64,000 nt of DNA from a bacterium (GTDB lineage Bacteria; UBA8248): the NCBI GenBank assembly GCA_965221165.1, contig CBDCRP010000003.1, positions 1,408,001 to 1,472,000 of the forward strand, in the 5' to 3' direction. The position numbers and the translations under genes were made by a program. The notes beneath the pieces were generated by a model that did not search any database, was not told where the DNA came from, and saw only the letters and a list, made by a program, of their open reading frames with translations. Of the stretch, positions 53,905 through 63,817 are shown one piece after another. Position 1 is the first letter of the stretch, and every line of letters starts with the position of its first letter.

Positions 53905-55863
53905 GTGTCAGAATCCAAGAATTTGCTGAAAATGGAGAAAATCGACAAGTCCTTTCCGGGCGTTCATGCGCTCAAAGAGGTCGATTTTGATCTCATAGAA
54001 GGCGAAGTGCACATTCTTTTGGGCGAGAACGGGGCCGGGAAATCCACGCTCATCAAAATTCTGGCCGGCATCTACCACGCCGATTCAGGCGGAATCGAGA
54101 TCAGCGAAACACCCACCGTTATTCCCGACGCCAGAACCGGACGCGATTTGGGAATCAGCGTCATATACCAGGAACTGAACCTGGTGCCCGATTTGAGCGT
54201 GGCGAAAAACATCTTCCTGGGCCGAGAACCGGTCTTGCCCGGCATCATGAAGCGCGTGGATTGGGCCAGAGTCGAACAGGAATCCCAAGCGATCATGGAG
54301 CGCCTGGATGTGAGAATCGACGTCAACGCGCCGATCCGCTCTTTAAGCGTGGCGGATCAGCAAATGGTGGAGATCGCTCGCGCCCTTGCCTTTGACTGCA
54401 AGATTCTGGTGATGGATGAGCCCACGTCTTCTTTGAGCGGACATGAAATCGAGGAGCTCTTCAAGGCGGTCAAGCTGTTGCGCGAACAAGGCGTCGGCGT
54501 CATCTACATTTCCCACCGACTCGAAGAAGTCCATGAGATCGGAGATCGCGTCACCGTCCTGCGCGATGGGGAATACATGGGCACATGGGAAGTGAAGGAC
54601 GTGGAACTTGATTTCCTGATCACGCAGATGGTGGGACGCACACTCGATGAGAAATTCCCCTGGACACCCCGCGAGCACGGGGAGGTGGCGCTGCGCGTGC
54701 GTGGACTCACCCGAAACGGCGTATTCGAAGACATCGATTTCGACCTGCACTATGGTGAAATCGTCGGCCTTTCGGGTCTCGTCGGCGCGGGGAGAACCGA
54801 GGTGGCGCGGGCCGTCATGGGCGCGGACCCCGTGGATAGCGGCACCGTAGAGATGACCCGTGCGACAAAAGAGAAAGAAGAGATACAAAAACTCCCCCAC
54901 TATCCGCTTTGGATGGCAATCGTGGACGTGGCTGTCTTTATGCTGGCCTTGCCTTTGTTCACCGTCATTTTCCAGGGAATCTACGATCCGGTCACGCTGA
55001 ACATGAACTCACCGCCACCGCTGTTCAGCGGCAAGTGGTTTTATGAATGGATCATCGGCGGGCCATTATACAACATCCCAAATGGACCCATCCCCTACAT
55101 CGTCGCCACCGGGTTGGTCGTCATACGGCAAGCGGGTCTCTGGTTCATGGAGCGGCAGTACCATTGGCGCACCTTGGGCATCGACTTCGCAAAATGGTAC
55201 GCCCTGGCGATAGGCGCGATGGTCGTGACGAGTTTGTTCACTCAAAATTTCGTTCTCGAATGGGTCATGATCTGGGGTGGCGTCGCCATGGTTCTTCTTC
55301 GATTTTTGAAAACCCTCACCCATGAGCGCAAGTGGACTCCAAGCCTGGCCATACAACGAGGGCTCGGGCTATTGCCCGAGGATAGAAAAACCCAAGGCCT
55401 CACCCAGGTTCTCTCGGTCGCCTTTAACACCACAAGCGCGAACCTGCGCCGCCTCATTAAACGCTGGCTGCTCAATCTGAGCTTGGAAAAAAACCTCGTG
55501 GATGTGCACATCAATCAGCTGAAAATCATGACGCCGGACCAGGAGACGCAACTACGCTTCCTATCAGGCGGCAATCAGCAAAAAGTCGTTCTCGCCAAGT
55601 GGCTCTTCAGACGCGCCAATGTGCTCATCTTTGACGAGCCGACTCGCGGGATCGACATAGGCGCAAAATTCGAAGTCCACACGCAGATGCTGCAACTCGC
55701 CAAAGACGGCGCCGCGGTAATGATGATCTCAAGCGAACTGCCCGAGATTCTCGGGATGAGTGACCGCATTTTGGTGATGCGCGAGGGACGGCTCACCGCA
55801 GATATCGACAGGGATGAGGCAACGCAAGAACAAATTCTGCGTTACGCCATGACGGCGGAGTAA
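53905..55863 (+). CDS. sugar (CUT2/RbsA-like) ABC transporter tandem ATP-binding protein with internal membrane insertion
   Basis: GENGAGKST, DEPTSSL, GLVGAGRTE, PEDRK, LSGGNQQK, DEPTRGID; 652 aa. Confidence 0.93.
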   Translation: MSESKNLLKMEKIDKSFPGVHALKEVDFDLIEGEVHILLGENGAGKSTLIKILAGIYHADSGGIEISETPTVIPDARTGRDLGISVIYQELNLVPDLSVAKNIFLGREPVLPGIMKRVDWARVEQESQAIMERLDVRIDVNAPIRSLSVADQQMVEIARALAFDCKILVMDEPTSSLSGHEIEELFKAVKLLREQGVGVIYISHRLEEVHEIGDRVTVLRDGEYMGTWEVKDVELDFLITQMVGRTLDEKFPWTPREHGEVALRVRGLTRNGVFEDIDFDLHYGEIVGLSGLVGAGRTEVARAVMGADPVDSGTVEMTRATKEKEEIQKLPHYPLWMAIVDVAVFMLALPLFTVIFQGIYDPVTLNMNSPPPLFSGKWFYEWIIGGPLYNIPNGPIPYIVATGLVVIRQAGLWFMERQYHWRTLGIDFAKWYALAIGAMVVTSLFTQNFVLEWVMIWGGVAMVLLRFLKTLTHERKWTPSLAIQRGLGLLPEDRKTQGLTQVLSVAFNTTSANLRRLIKRWLLNLSLEKNLVDVHINQLKIMTPDQETQLRFLSGGNQQKVVLAKWLFRRANVLIFDEPTRGIDIGAKFEVHTQMLQLAKDGAAVMMISSELPEILGMSDRILVMREGRLTADIDRDEATQEQILRYAMTAE

Positions 55864-55885
55864 TCCGTATCTGGAGACATATTTA

Positions 55886-56899
55886 ATGAGTGCAGCAGTT
55901 TCTACCGAGAATGAAAAATTAATTCTAGGATATCCTGTCAAGGATATGCCTTGGGAGCGTATACTCCTCATTTGCGCGTTTGCCGTCTTGATGCTCTTCT
56001 ACACTTTTGCGACCGAGAATTTTCTCACGCTCGAAAACTTCGTAAACGTCGTGCGCCGCGACGCTTGGCTCTTCTTCATCGCCTATGCGCAAACGTTGGT
56101 CATCGTCTCGGGAGGGTTCGATCTTTCACAGGGTTCGATCATGAGCGTGGTGAGCGTGATGGCCTGGAGCGCGATGCTGCACTTCGGGTTTTTCGTCGGC
56201 CTTATCGCCGGCCTCGGCGTCGGCCTGTTGTGCGGCGTCATCAACGGATTCTTCGTCGGCGTGATGAGGGTGCAGCCGTTCATCGCCACATTGGGGATGC
56301 TCTTCATAGGCAGCGGCGCGGCCCAGCTTTGGACCGGCGGCCTTCAAATGGGAGGCGCGCGCGAGGGCGCAACGCTGCAAAAGCACGTGGAAGAAGCATA
56401 TGTCTTTTTGGCGAAAGGAAACCTGGGCCCCATTCCCTTTACATTCATCTGGATACTCATCGCACTGGGCGCCATGTGGTATCTGCTCAAATACACCCGC
56501 TTCGGCACCTATGTGTATGCCTTGGGCGGAAACGAGCAAACGGCGATTTCCGCAGGCATCAACTTTCCCGCCATGAAGATTGCCATTTTCGGTATAGGCG
56601 GACTTCTGTGCGGCTTTGCAGGGCTTCTGCTTTCAGCGAATATCAGTGCGGCGGGCGAGCCGAGGCTGGGCGGCGGCGATCAATTGCTCCAATCCATCGG
56701 AGCCACCATTATCGGCGGCACCCATATTTTCGGCGGCCGAGGCGGCGTGCTGGGCACGACGCTGGGCGTTTTCCTGATCATATTCCTGGTAAACGGTTTG
56801 AACATCATGGGAATCGACACCTACCGGCAACAGATCATCGTCGGTCTGGTGATTCTCTCATCCATTTGGGTCAGCACCCTGCGCGAGCAGAAAAACTAA
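55886..56899 (+). CDS. sugar ABC transporter permease (RbsC-like)
   Basis: GGFDLSQGS, PFIATLG, GGNEQTAISAGI, IGGT..FGGRG. Confidence 0.92.
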   Translation: MSAAVSTENEKLILGYPVKDMPWERILLICAFAVLMLFYTFATENFLTLENFVNVVRRDAWLFFIAYAQTLVIVSGGFDLSQGSIMSVVSVMAWSAMLHFGFFVGLIAGLGVGLLCGVINGFFVGVMRVQPFIATLGMLFIGSGAAQLWTGGLQMGGAREGATLQKHVEEAYVFLAKGNLGPIPFTFIWILIALGAMWYLLKYTRFGTYVYALGGNEQTAISAGINFPAMKIAIFGIGGLLCGFAGLLLSANISAAGEPRLGGGDQLLQSIGATIIGGTHIFGGRGGVLGTTLGVFLIIFLVNGLNIMGIDTYRQQIIVGLVILSSIWVSTLREQKN

Positions 56900-56914
56900 G
56901 GGAGATTCTACATA

Positions 56915-57910
56915 ATGGCGAATGTAGCGGAGGCTCCGGCCAGACCGTCCGCCTCCTTGTTGGCCACGTTCAATTACGAGAAATACGGCTTGCTGGCCGT
57001 ATTCATCTTGATGATGGTCATTTTTTACATCCTTCAGTTGATGGGCTACGTGAACAACTTCATCGAAGCCCATAATCTGACCAATCAACTCAGAAACGCT
57101 TCCCTGCTGTTCTTTATCGTCGCCGGGCAAAGCATGGTGCTTCTGGTCTCGGGCATCGATTTGAGCCAAGGCTCCTTGCTGAGCCTCTCGAGCGTGGTGA
57201 TGGCGCAGGGCATCCTGGACTTTGGCCTTGCCGTGGGCGTGTTGATGGGTATCGGGATGGCGACGATGTTCGGCTTCATCAACGGCTACCTCGTGGGCCG
57301 CGTAAAGATACAACCCTTCATCGTCACCTTGAGCATGCTTTTCATCTGCGCCGGCATCGCCCTGGTATTCACGGGTGGGCGCACGATCCACCAATTTACG
57401 GGCGAGCAAAAAGATATCTTGCAAACCATCGGTCTCACGGACTTCTTCCATATCCCCGGCACGCTGTTCATCGCCATTGTCGCTTTCGTCGCTCTCTACC
57501 TGCTGACGAAACGCACGGCGCTGGGCCGGGCGATCTACTTGACCGGCGGTAATGAAGAGGCCGCGCGCCTTTCGGGCATCGATACCGGCAAGGTGAAACT
57601 CATTTGCTACTTGATCAGCGGCATCTGCGTGGGCATCACTTCGTTCCTCTATTTGGCGAGACTCCCGGCCACGAACGGCCTCGCGGGATTTCAACTCGAA
57701 TTCCAATCCTTGGCGGCCACCGTGGTGGGAGGCACGACGTTCCACGGTGGCGAAGGCGGTGTGGCGCAAGCTGCTATCGGGACGCTGTTCCTGACATTTT
57801 TGCTCAATGGCCTCATTCTCCTGGGTGTGGGCACATTCGCCCGGGAGGTAGTGGTAGGCGTTTTGCTCATTACGGCTGTGGTGTTGAGTTCACGTAAAAG
57901 GCAGGAGTAA
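56915..57910 (+). CDS. sugar ABC transporter permease (RbsC-like)
   Basis: GIDLSQGS, PFIVTL, GGNEEAARLSGI, VVGGT. Confidence 0.92.
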   Translation: MANVAEAPARPSASLLATFNYEKYGLLAVFILMMVIFYILQLMGYVNNFIEAHNLTNQLRNASLLFFIVAGQSMVLLVSGIDLSQGSLLSLSSVVMAQGILDFGLAVGVLMGIGMATMFGFINGYLVGRVKIQPFIVTLSMLFICAGIALVFTGGRTIHQFTGEQKDILQTIGLTDFFHIPGTLFIAIVAFVALYLLTKRTALGRAIYLTGGNEEAARLSGIDTGKVKLICYLISGICVGITSFLYLARLPATNGLAGFQLEFQSLAATVVGGTTFHGGEGGVAQAAIGTLFLTFLLNGLILLGVGTFAREVVVGVLLITAVVLSSRKRQE

Positions 57911-57999
57911 AAAATAATCTCAGGTGCAAGCTATTTTTCCCTTTCGCGGAGGAGAGCGCTTCCGTCCGTGAAACCCATTCTGCGAGGAGGAGATTCAAG

Positions 58000-59058
58000 A
58001 TGAATAAACTGTTTCGCTCTTTCATGATTCTCGCTTCTGTCGTCACATTCCTGTTCGTGTCGATGGCAGCAGCACCGGACGCCGATGCCCGGGTGAAGGC
58101 GAAGAAGAAATACAAGATCGCCGTGGTCGTGCCGAACGGCGTCGACCCCTATTTCTTCTCGAAATGGTACGGCAGCGTACTGGCGGCCAAAGACGCCGGC
58201 GTAACCGTGAAGATGTTCGATGCGGGTGGCTACGAATTCCTGCCCAAGCAGGTGGCCCACGTTGAGGACATCATCGCGGCGAAGTACGACGGTATGATCA
58301 TCTGCCCCATCAGCACCAAGGGCATGGTGAACGCCGTACACAAGGCGATGGACAAGGGCCTCAAGGTCGTCGTGGACAATATCGACCTCGACAGCAATCG
58401 CGTCAAAAACCGCGTCATGAAAAACAGCTACGAGTTGGGCCTTCTCATCGGCTCCACACTGGCGCACGCCATCGGGTACCAGGGCAAAGTGATGCTGCTG
58501 CCCGGACCCAGCGGCATCGAGATGGTGACCTCCATGGCCAAAGGTTTTGAGGATTACATGAGCCACTATCCCAAAATCAAGGTCGTGGCCAAGGAATTCA
58601 CCAAGTCCAACGTGCAGGCCGCCTACCAGACGGCGGAGGATCTGCTCAAGAAACACCCGGACGTGAAAGGCATCTACCCATGGGCGACGCTCATCGCCCG
58701 CGGCACGGTGGATGCCGTGAAAGCGGCCGGCTATAAGCCCGGCCAGATCAAGATCGTGACGCACAACCTCCTCGTCGGAATCGAAAAGGACATTCGTGAC
58801 GGGTGGGTGCATGCGGCCGTTTTGGCCGAGCAGATCGCCATGGCGAAAGAAGCCGTTTACAACGTGATCGATCTGATTGAAGGGCGGCTACCTCCCGGCG
58901 CGCCTAGCCGCGGCGGCACACTCACCTACATCCAGAATTACATGGCCTTCAAGCACAACCTCGACATTCTGGACCGAAGCGGCATCGAGGCGCCCAAAGA
59001 GTGGATGATCAAGCGCCAAAAGCGCGCGGCGAACATCGTGGGCGGCAAACGCCGTTAA
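58000..59058 (+). CDS. sugar ABC transporter periplasmic binding protein (type 1 fold)
   Basis: Signal peptide; IAVVVPNGVDPYF, FDAGGY, DGMIICP. Confidence 0.88.
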   Translation: MNKLFRSFMILASVVTFLFVSMAAAPDADARVKAKKKYKIAVVVPNGVDPYFFSKWYGSVLAAKDAGVTVKMFDAGGYEFLPKQVAHVEDIIAAKYDGMIICPISTKGMVNAVHKAMDKGLKVVVDNIDLDSNRVKNRVMKNSYELGLLIGSTLAHAIGYQGKVMLLPGPSGIEMVTSMAKGFEDYMSHYPKIKVVAKEFTKSNVQAAYQTAEDLLKKHPDVKGIYPWATLIARGTVDAVKAAGYKPGQIKIVTHNLLVGIEKDIRDGWVHAAVLAEQIAMAKEAVYNVIDLIEGRLPPGAPSRGGTLTYIQNYMAFKHNLDILDRSGIEAPKEWMIKRQKRAANIVGGKRR

Positions 59059-59080
59059 GCGTCACGCTCTCAGAAAGACC

Positions 59081-59111
59081 AAAACCCCGCCGGTTACCCG
59101 GCGGGGTTTTT
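59081..59111. terminator. bidirectional intrinsic terminator
   Basis: AAAACCCCGCCGG-TTAC-CCGGCGGGGTTTTT between convergent genes. Confidence 0.88.
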
Positions 59112-59132
59112 CTGTAAATCGCCTCGATTCGC

Positions 59133-60215
59133 CTACAAATCTTTTACATACACGCTGAGCCCCATCCGCCCGGTCGAGCCACCGGGCTGCGGGTCGGAAA
59201 TCTCATCCGTCTGCAATTCTCCTGCGCCATCCACGGCCCGCACCGTCGCCGGATAGAACCCGTTTTCCCTAAAACGCATGGGAAACGCCCAGACACGCCA
59301 CGCAAGAGGCCCGAGAGGCTTTTTGAGTAAAGCAGACGCCCAGGGGCGCAAGCCCTTTCCCTGGCCATACGTGACTTCCACCTTGCGGATTCCCCGCTCT
59401 CCGGCAAAAGCGGAGCCCACGAGCCAGACTTCGGGCGTGCGAACCTGAACGCGCCTTCTGGGAGCCTCGAAACGGCTGAGCGTCTCGACGATAGCCTCAT
59501 CCGACCAGCCGCGCTTTTGCCAATAGCCGCCATGCCCCTTGGTGGAGATTTCGACCGATTCGATCCACTTCACGTTCTTGAGGCCATAGGCGCCCGGCAC
59601 CAGGAGCCTGAGCGGAGCGCCATGATCCCGAGGAAGATATTCCCCGTTCATCCGGATGCAAAGAAGCGTTCTCGGATCCAGGGCCCGATCGAGAGATATG
59701 GAATCATGATACCCATCCGCTGCGCGAAAGATGACCCTGGCGGAGACCGAGCGGCGAACATTTTCCGCCACGCCTGCGCGCTCGATGAGAGTTTTGAGCG
59801 GCACTCCTCCCCACAAGGCGTTCCCTATCTGCCCCCCGCCCACCGGATTTCCGATACAAGTCATCGTCGCCCAGGTTTTCTCCCGTCTCAGCGCATTCAT
59901 ATCGGATAAAGAGGCGGAGAACGGCGCGGCCACCTCGCCCTTTATTTCAAGCCGCCATTCCCGACGAGATATCCTCGGTGATGAATGGCCGATGCTCTGC
60001 ACGTAGAATTTCTCATTCGCCGTGATTTCAGGAAGAACGCGCGCGGCGAATTCCAGGACTCCCTCCCCGGGTTCGGGGGTCTCGACGGGGCGGCTGTTCA
60101 GCCAATCGAACAGATGGCCCATCATCGAGGCTTGCGCGTCGCGAGGAACCCCGATGACGGCCAGAGGCGCAACCCTGACCGCAACCTGCAATACACTCCG
60201 CCTGGAAATGTTCAT
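59133..60215 (-). CDS. sulfite oxidase-family molybdopterin oxidoreductase, Tat-exported
   Basis: SRRSVL signal; TMTCIGN Mo-ligand Cys; DHGAPLRLLVPGAYGLKNVKW; C-terminal dimerisation domain. Confidence 0.88.
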   Translation of the reverse strand: MNISRRSVLQVAVRVAPLAVIGVPRDAQASMMGHLFDWLNSRPVETPEPGEGVLEFAARVLPEITANEKFYVQSIGHSSPRISRREWRLEIKGEVAAPFSASLSDMNALRREKTWATMTCIGNPVGGGQIGNALWGGVPLKTLIERAGVAENVRRSVSARVIFRAADGYHDSISLDRALDPRTLLCIRMNGEYLPRDHGAPLRLLVPGAYGLKNVKWIESVEISTKGHGGYWQKRGWSDEAIVETLSRFEAPRRRVQVRTPEVWLVGSAFAGERGIRKVEVTYGQGKGLRPWASALLKKPLGPLAWRVWAFPMRFRENGFYPATVRAVDGAGELQTDEISDPQPGGSTGRMGLSVYVKDL

Positions 60216-60544
60216 GGAGCCCCTCCGCTTGGTGAGCAAACGCCTCTCATTTTACTATAGCTCCTTCGATTCCTGAAATTTCCACATTTCAACTCCTTGG
60301 AAAAGACATTCTCGAACTCGCGCCATTTTATCCGGTCGAAGATCATTGCGCACGATGATGCCTTGCCAGTGGAGGCATATACAATGGCCCATATACAAAT
60401 GATTTGGTCTCATTGCGGCGTTATGATAGATTGATGCAATCGATCCTGAAATGAATACTTCGGTACGAAAATAGAATTCCGGCGGATGATGCGCAAATTG
60501 ACGTCACCTCGAACGATGCCGACTGAGGAATCACGAGGTTTTCC

Positions 60545-61447
60545 ATGGACAGAATCGACGCCCCAAAATCCATTGACGCCCAAGAAGTGAAGCGATTCGC
60601 CCGCGAGTTGGGAGCGGATTTGGTGGGGGTCGCATCCGCGGAGGATTTCGCCGAGGCGTCGCCGGGCTGCCGCCCCAGAGACCTTTTCGGCATGGCGAAC
60701 AGCGTGATCGTGATGGCCAAACGCATCCCCTTCGCCGCGGCCACGCCTTACCCCAGCATCGGCGCGATGGAATTCGGCGAGTACATTCCCGAAAATTTTC
60801 TGAACGAAGCCTGCTACCGCCTGTCTCTTTTTCTGGAAGATGGGGGCTATCTCTCCTCGGCCACGCCGTCGGGGCGCGACATCACGAACTTTCGCGTGGA
60901 AGAAGAGGGCCGGGAACCAAAGGTTTTCCTCCAGGGCTCCTTTGATTTAAGGCTTTCTGCGGTGAAGGCGGGACTCGGCGAGATAGGAGCCAACAACTGC
61001 CTGATCACGCCGAAGTACGGCTCTCGCGTCCGCCTGGGCGCGGTGCTCACCGAGGCGAGCCTGGAGACCGACACGCCCAACCAATATGGCGTGGTGCCCG
61101 AGTTCTGTCATGAGTGCGGCTTTCGTTGCGTAGAGGCCTGCCCCGCGAACGCGCTGTCGGGCGAGGGCGCGGTGGACCACTACCGCTGCATGGTCATACG
61201 GCCGGATTTGGTCGCGCCGGAGAAGGCCCTCACCCATTTCAAAAAACTTTTCAGGGGCAAACCCCTCATCATGGCGGCCAAAGGACTCTCCTACACCGAT
61301 AGCCCGCCGCATCCATGCAGCACCTGCATCGCCCTGTGCCCGATGGACCAGGGCCGCGAGTTCGCAACAGAACCTTTTCACCGCGAATCATGGTCCGAGG
61401 AAGACGCGCTCAAGGTCATAGACCCAAGTCTATTGGAGAACAAATAG
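60545..61447 (+). CDS. epoxyqueuosine reductase/reductive dehalogenase-like Fe-S (putative cobalamin) protein, paralog 1
   Basis: GADLVGVA, AVKAGLGEIG, TPKYGSRVRL, CHECGFRCVEACP, C...CSTCIALCP. Confidence 0.82.
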   Translation: MDRIDAPKSIDAQEVKRFARELGADLVGVASAEDFAEASPGCRPRDLFGMANSVIVMAKRIPFAAATPYPSIGAMEFGEYIPENFLNEACYRLSLFLEDGGYLSSATPSGRDITNFRVEEEGREPKVFLQGSFDLRLSAVKAGLGEIGANNCLITPKYGSRVRLGAVLTEASLETDTPNQYGVVPEFCHECGFRCVEACPANALSGEGAVDHYRCMVIRPDLVAPEKALTHFKKLFRGKPLIMAAKGLSYTDSPPHPCSTCIALCPMDQGREFATEPFHRESWSEEDALKVIDPSLLENK

Positions 61448-61448
61448 C

Positions 61449-62318
61449 ATGGAAACGACCATGGGAGGCGGGATTCGCTCCGGCGACGTCAAGGCGCAGG
61501 CCCGTGAATACGGCGCGGACCTGGTGGGAATTTCTTCATGCGAGGGTTTCGAGAAAGCCCTTCCGGGCTGCAGACCCGAAGACCTGGTAAAGGACGCCAA
61601 GAGCGTGGTCGTCTTCGCGCGCCGGATGCCCTTTGGAAACGCCACCTCCCGGCCTACGGTGGGTTATCTGGAATTCGGCTATTACGGGCACGAGGCCTGG
61701 ATCAACAAGCTTTCATACCGGCTGGCGCTCTGGCTCGAGGACAAGGGACACATGGCGCTGCCCACGCCCGCAGGAAGAGACATTCCCTCGCTCCGCATTC
61801 TGCGCGAAGGCCCCGAGCCCGAGGTGTTCATGCAAGGCTCCTTCGACCTCAGGCTCGCGGCGGTGAATGCGGGGATGGGCGAAATCGGGGTGAACAACAA
61901 CCTGATCACCGCCGAATACGGCTCGCGCATTCGGTTGGGGGCGGTCATCACGACGGCTGCGCTCGAAGCCGACCCGCCCAAACGATACGGCGTGGTGCCC
62001 GATTTTTGCGTGGAGTGCGGCTACAAGTGCATCAAACCTTGTCCGGCGGGCGCGCTCCCCGGAGACGGCGCGGTGGACCACTACAAATGCATGGTGATGT
62101 ATCCCCAAAAAGTCTCGCCGGAGAAGGCCGTCGACGTCTTCAAGAAACGCTATGGCTACCCCGAACTCCAGCTCGCCGGGCGAATGATGGCCTTTACCGA
62201 AAACGCGCCGCACATCTGCGCCACCTGCATCACCCTGTGCCCCATGGACGAAGCGCGCCGCGTCAAGGAGAAGGTGAACGGCGGCGCCAACGGTCAATCA
62301 CTTCCTGAAATGCCATAA
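61449..62318 (+). CDS. epoxyqueuosine reductase/reductive dehalogenase-like Fe-S protein, paralog 2
   Basis: GADLVGIS, AAVNAGMGEIG, YGSRIRL, CVECGYKCIKPCP, CATCITLCP. Confidence 0.82.
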   Translation: METTMGGGIRSGDVKAQAREYGADLVGISSCEGFEKALPGCRPEDLVKDAKSVVVFARRMPFGNATSRPTVGYLEFGYYGHEAWINKLSYRLALWLEDKGHMALPTPAGRDIPSLRILREGPEPEVFMQGSFDLRLAAVNAGMGEIGVNNNLITAEYGSRIRLGAVITTAALEADPPKRYGVVPDFCVECGYKCIKPCPAGALPGDGAVDHYKCMVMYPQKVSPEKAVDVFKKRYGYPELQLAGRMMAFTENAPHICATCITLCPMDEARRVKEKVNGGANGQSLPEMP

Positions 62319-62411
62319 CCAGGCGAAAAACAACGGCGAACCGCATGTAAATTACCTTCACCGGTATGAAAAAAGAGGGTGCGCTTCGTTTTCTTTTCCG
62401 AGGAGTCTGCG

Positions 62412-63644
62412 ATGCCGAAACCGCTCGAAGGGATGCGGGTGCTGGACTTGACCCAGTTCTACTCGGGGCCCTGGGCCACGCTCCTGCTCGCCGGTCTGGG
62501 GGCGGAAGTCATCAAGGTGAACCATCCGGCCACGGGCGACGTGGTGGCCATGGGGCCTCCCTTCGCCGGACCCGAAGGCGTGTCTTTTCACCGGCAAAGC
62601 GAGGACGACTTGGGGATAGCCTACTTAAAGAGAACACGCAACAAAAAATCCTTGACTCTCAATCTCAAGGAGCCGCGCGGACTGGATTTGTTCTATCGTC
62701 TGGTGGAGGAGGCCGACGTGCTCGTCGAGAATTTCTCGGTAGGCGTAACCGGGCGGCTCAAAATCGATTACGAGACGCTCGAAAAACGAAACGCGAGGCT
62801 CGTCTACTGCTCCATCACCAGCTACGGGCAGAGCGGCCCCGATGCGCGGCTCAAGGGCTACGACGCCGTCACCCAGGCGGTTTCGGGCCTGATGAACCTC
62901 ACCGGCTTCCCCGACGGTCCCCCCACCAAGGCGGGTTCCGCCATCGCGGACAGCATCGGGGGCACGTTCGCCTTCGGCGCCATCACCACGGCGCTCTTGC
63001 ATCGCGAGCGCACAGGCCAAGGCCAGTGGCTAGACGTCTCCATGGTGGATTGTCTGTTGTCCCTGGTATTCGATGAGCCGATGGACTGCTACGAGGCGCT
63101 GGGGCTGCCAGAGAGGCTGGGGAACCGCATCATGCGCCTTTCTCCTTTCAACGCATATCCGGCCAAAGACGGCTGGCTGGTCATCGGCTCCGGCACCGAC
63201 GCCCACTGGAACAACATCCTGCGCGCCCTCGGGCGCGAGGAATTGATTGGCGATGCGCGCTACTCTGATTTAAGCGGCCGCATTACGCGAAACGACGAGG
63301 TGGACGCCGTCATTACCGAATGGACGGAAAAACACACCGTGGAGGAGGCGCTCACGGAACTGCGCCGCTTCGACGTCATCTGCGGGCCCGTGCACACCAT
63401 CAGGGACATCCTCGCGTGGCCGCACCTGAAAGCCCGGAACATGCTCGAAGACCTCCCCCATCCCGCGCTGGGCCCTCTGAACGAAGTCAAAACGGCCGCA
63501 TTTCCCCTCAAGTTCAGCAAAACCCCCGGCGGCTACGACGCCCCCGCCCCCTTGAGCGGCCAGCACAACGAGGAGATTCTGGGCGAACGGCTCGGTCTTA
63601 AGAAAGAAGAGATCGAAAGGCTCAAGGAAGACGGCGTTATCTGA
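62412..63644 (+). CDS. CaiB/BaiF family (class III) CoA transferase
   Basis: PLEGMRVLDL, LGAEVIKV, RNKKS, ADVLVENF, catalytic Asp in AIADSIGG, GQHNEEIL. Confidence 0.93.
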   Translation: MPKPLEGMRVLDLTQFYSGPWATLLLAGLGAEVIKVNHPATGDVVAMGPPFAGPEGVSFHRQSEDDLGIAYLKRTRNKKSLTLNLKEPRGLDLFYRLVEEADVLVENFSVGVTGRLKIDYETLEKRNARLVYCSITSYGQSGPDARLKGYDAVTQAVSGLMNLTGFPDGPPTKAGSAIADSIGGTFAFGAITTALLHRERTGQGQWLDVSMVDCLLSLVFDEPMDCYEALGLPERLGNRIMRLSPFNAYPAKDGWLVIGSGTDAHWNNILRALGREELIGDARYSDLSGRITRNDEVDAVITEWTEKHTVEEALTELRRFDVICGPVHTIRDILAWPHLKARNMLEDLPHPALGPLNEVKTAAFPLKFSKTPGGYDAPAPLSGQHNEEILGERLGLKKEEIERLKEDGVI

Positions 63645-63817
63645 GGCACCGCCTCGTTGACGCTCACCTGTGCCGATAAATTCCTTATCTAGGAATCCCA
63701 CCAAGCTCTAAGCCATGATAAAGTGCTTGAACTCGGCTTAGTCCTTATAGCTTCACTCCTCCCCAGTCTGCTTTTATTGCTGATGATACATAGAGTTAGA
63801 ACCTGAAGGAGAACGGA

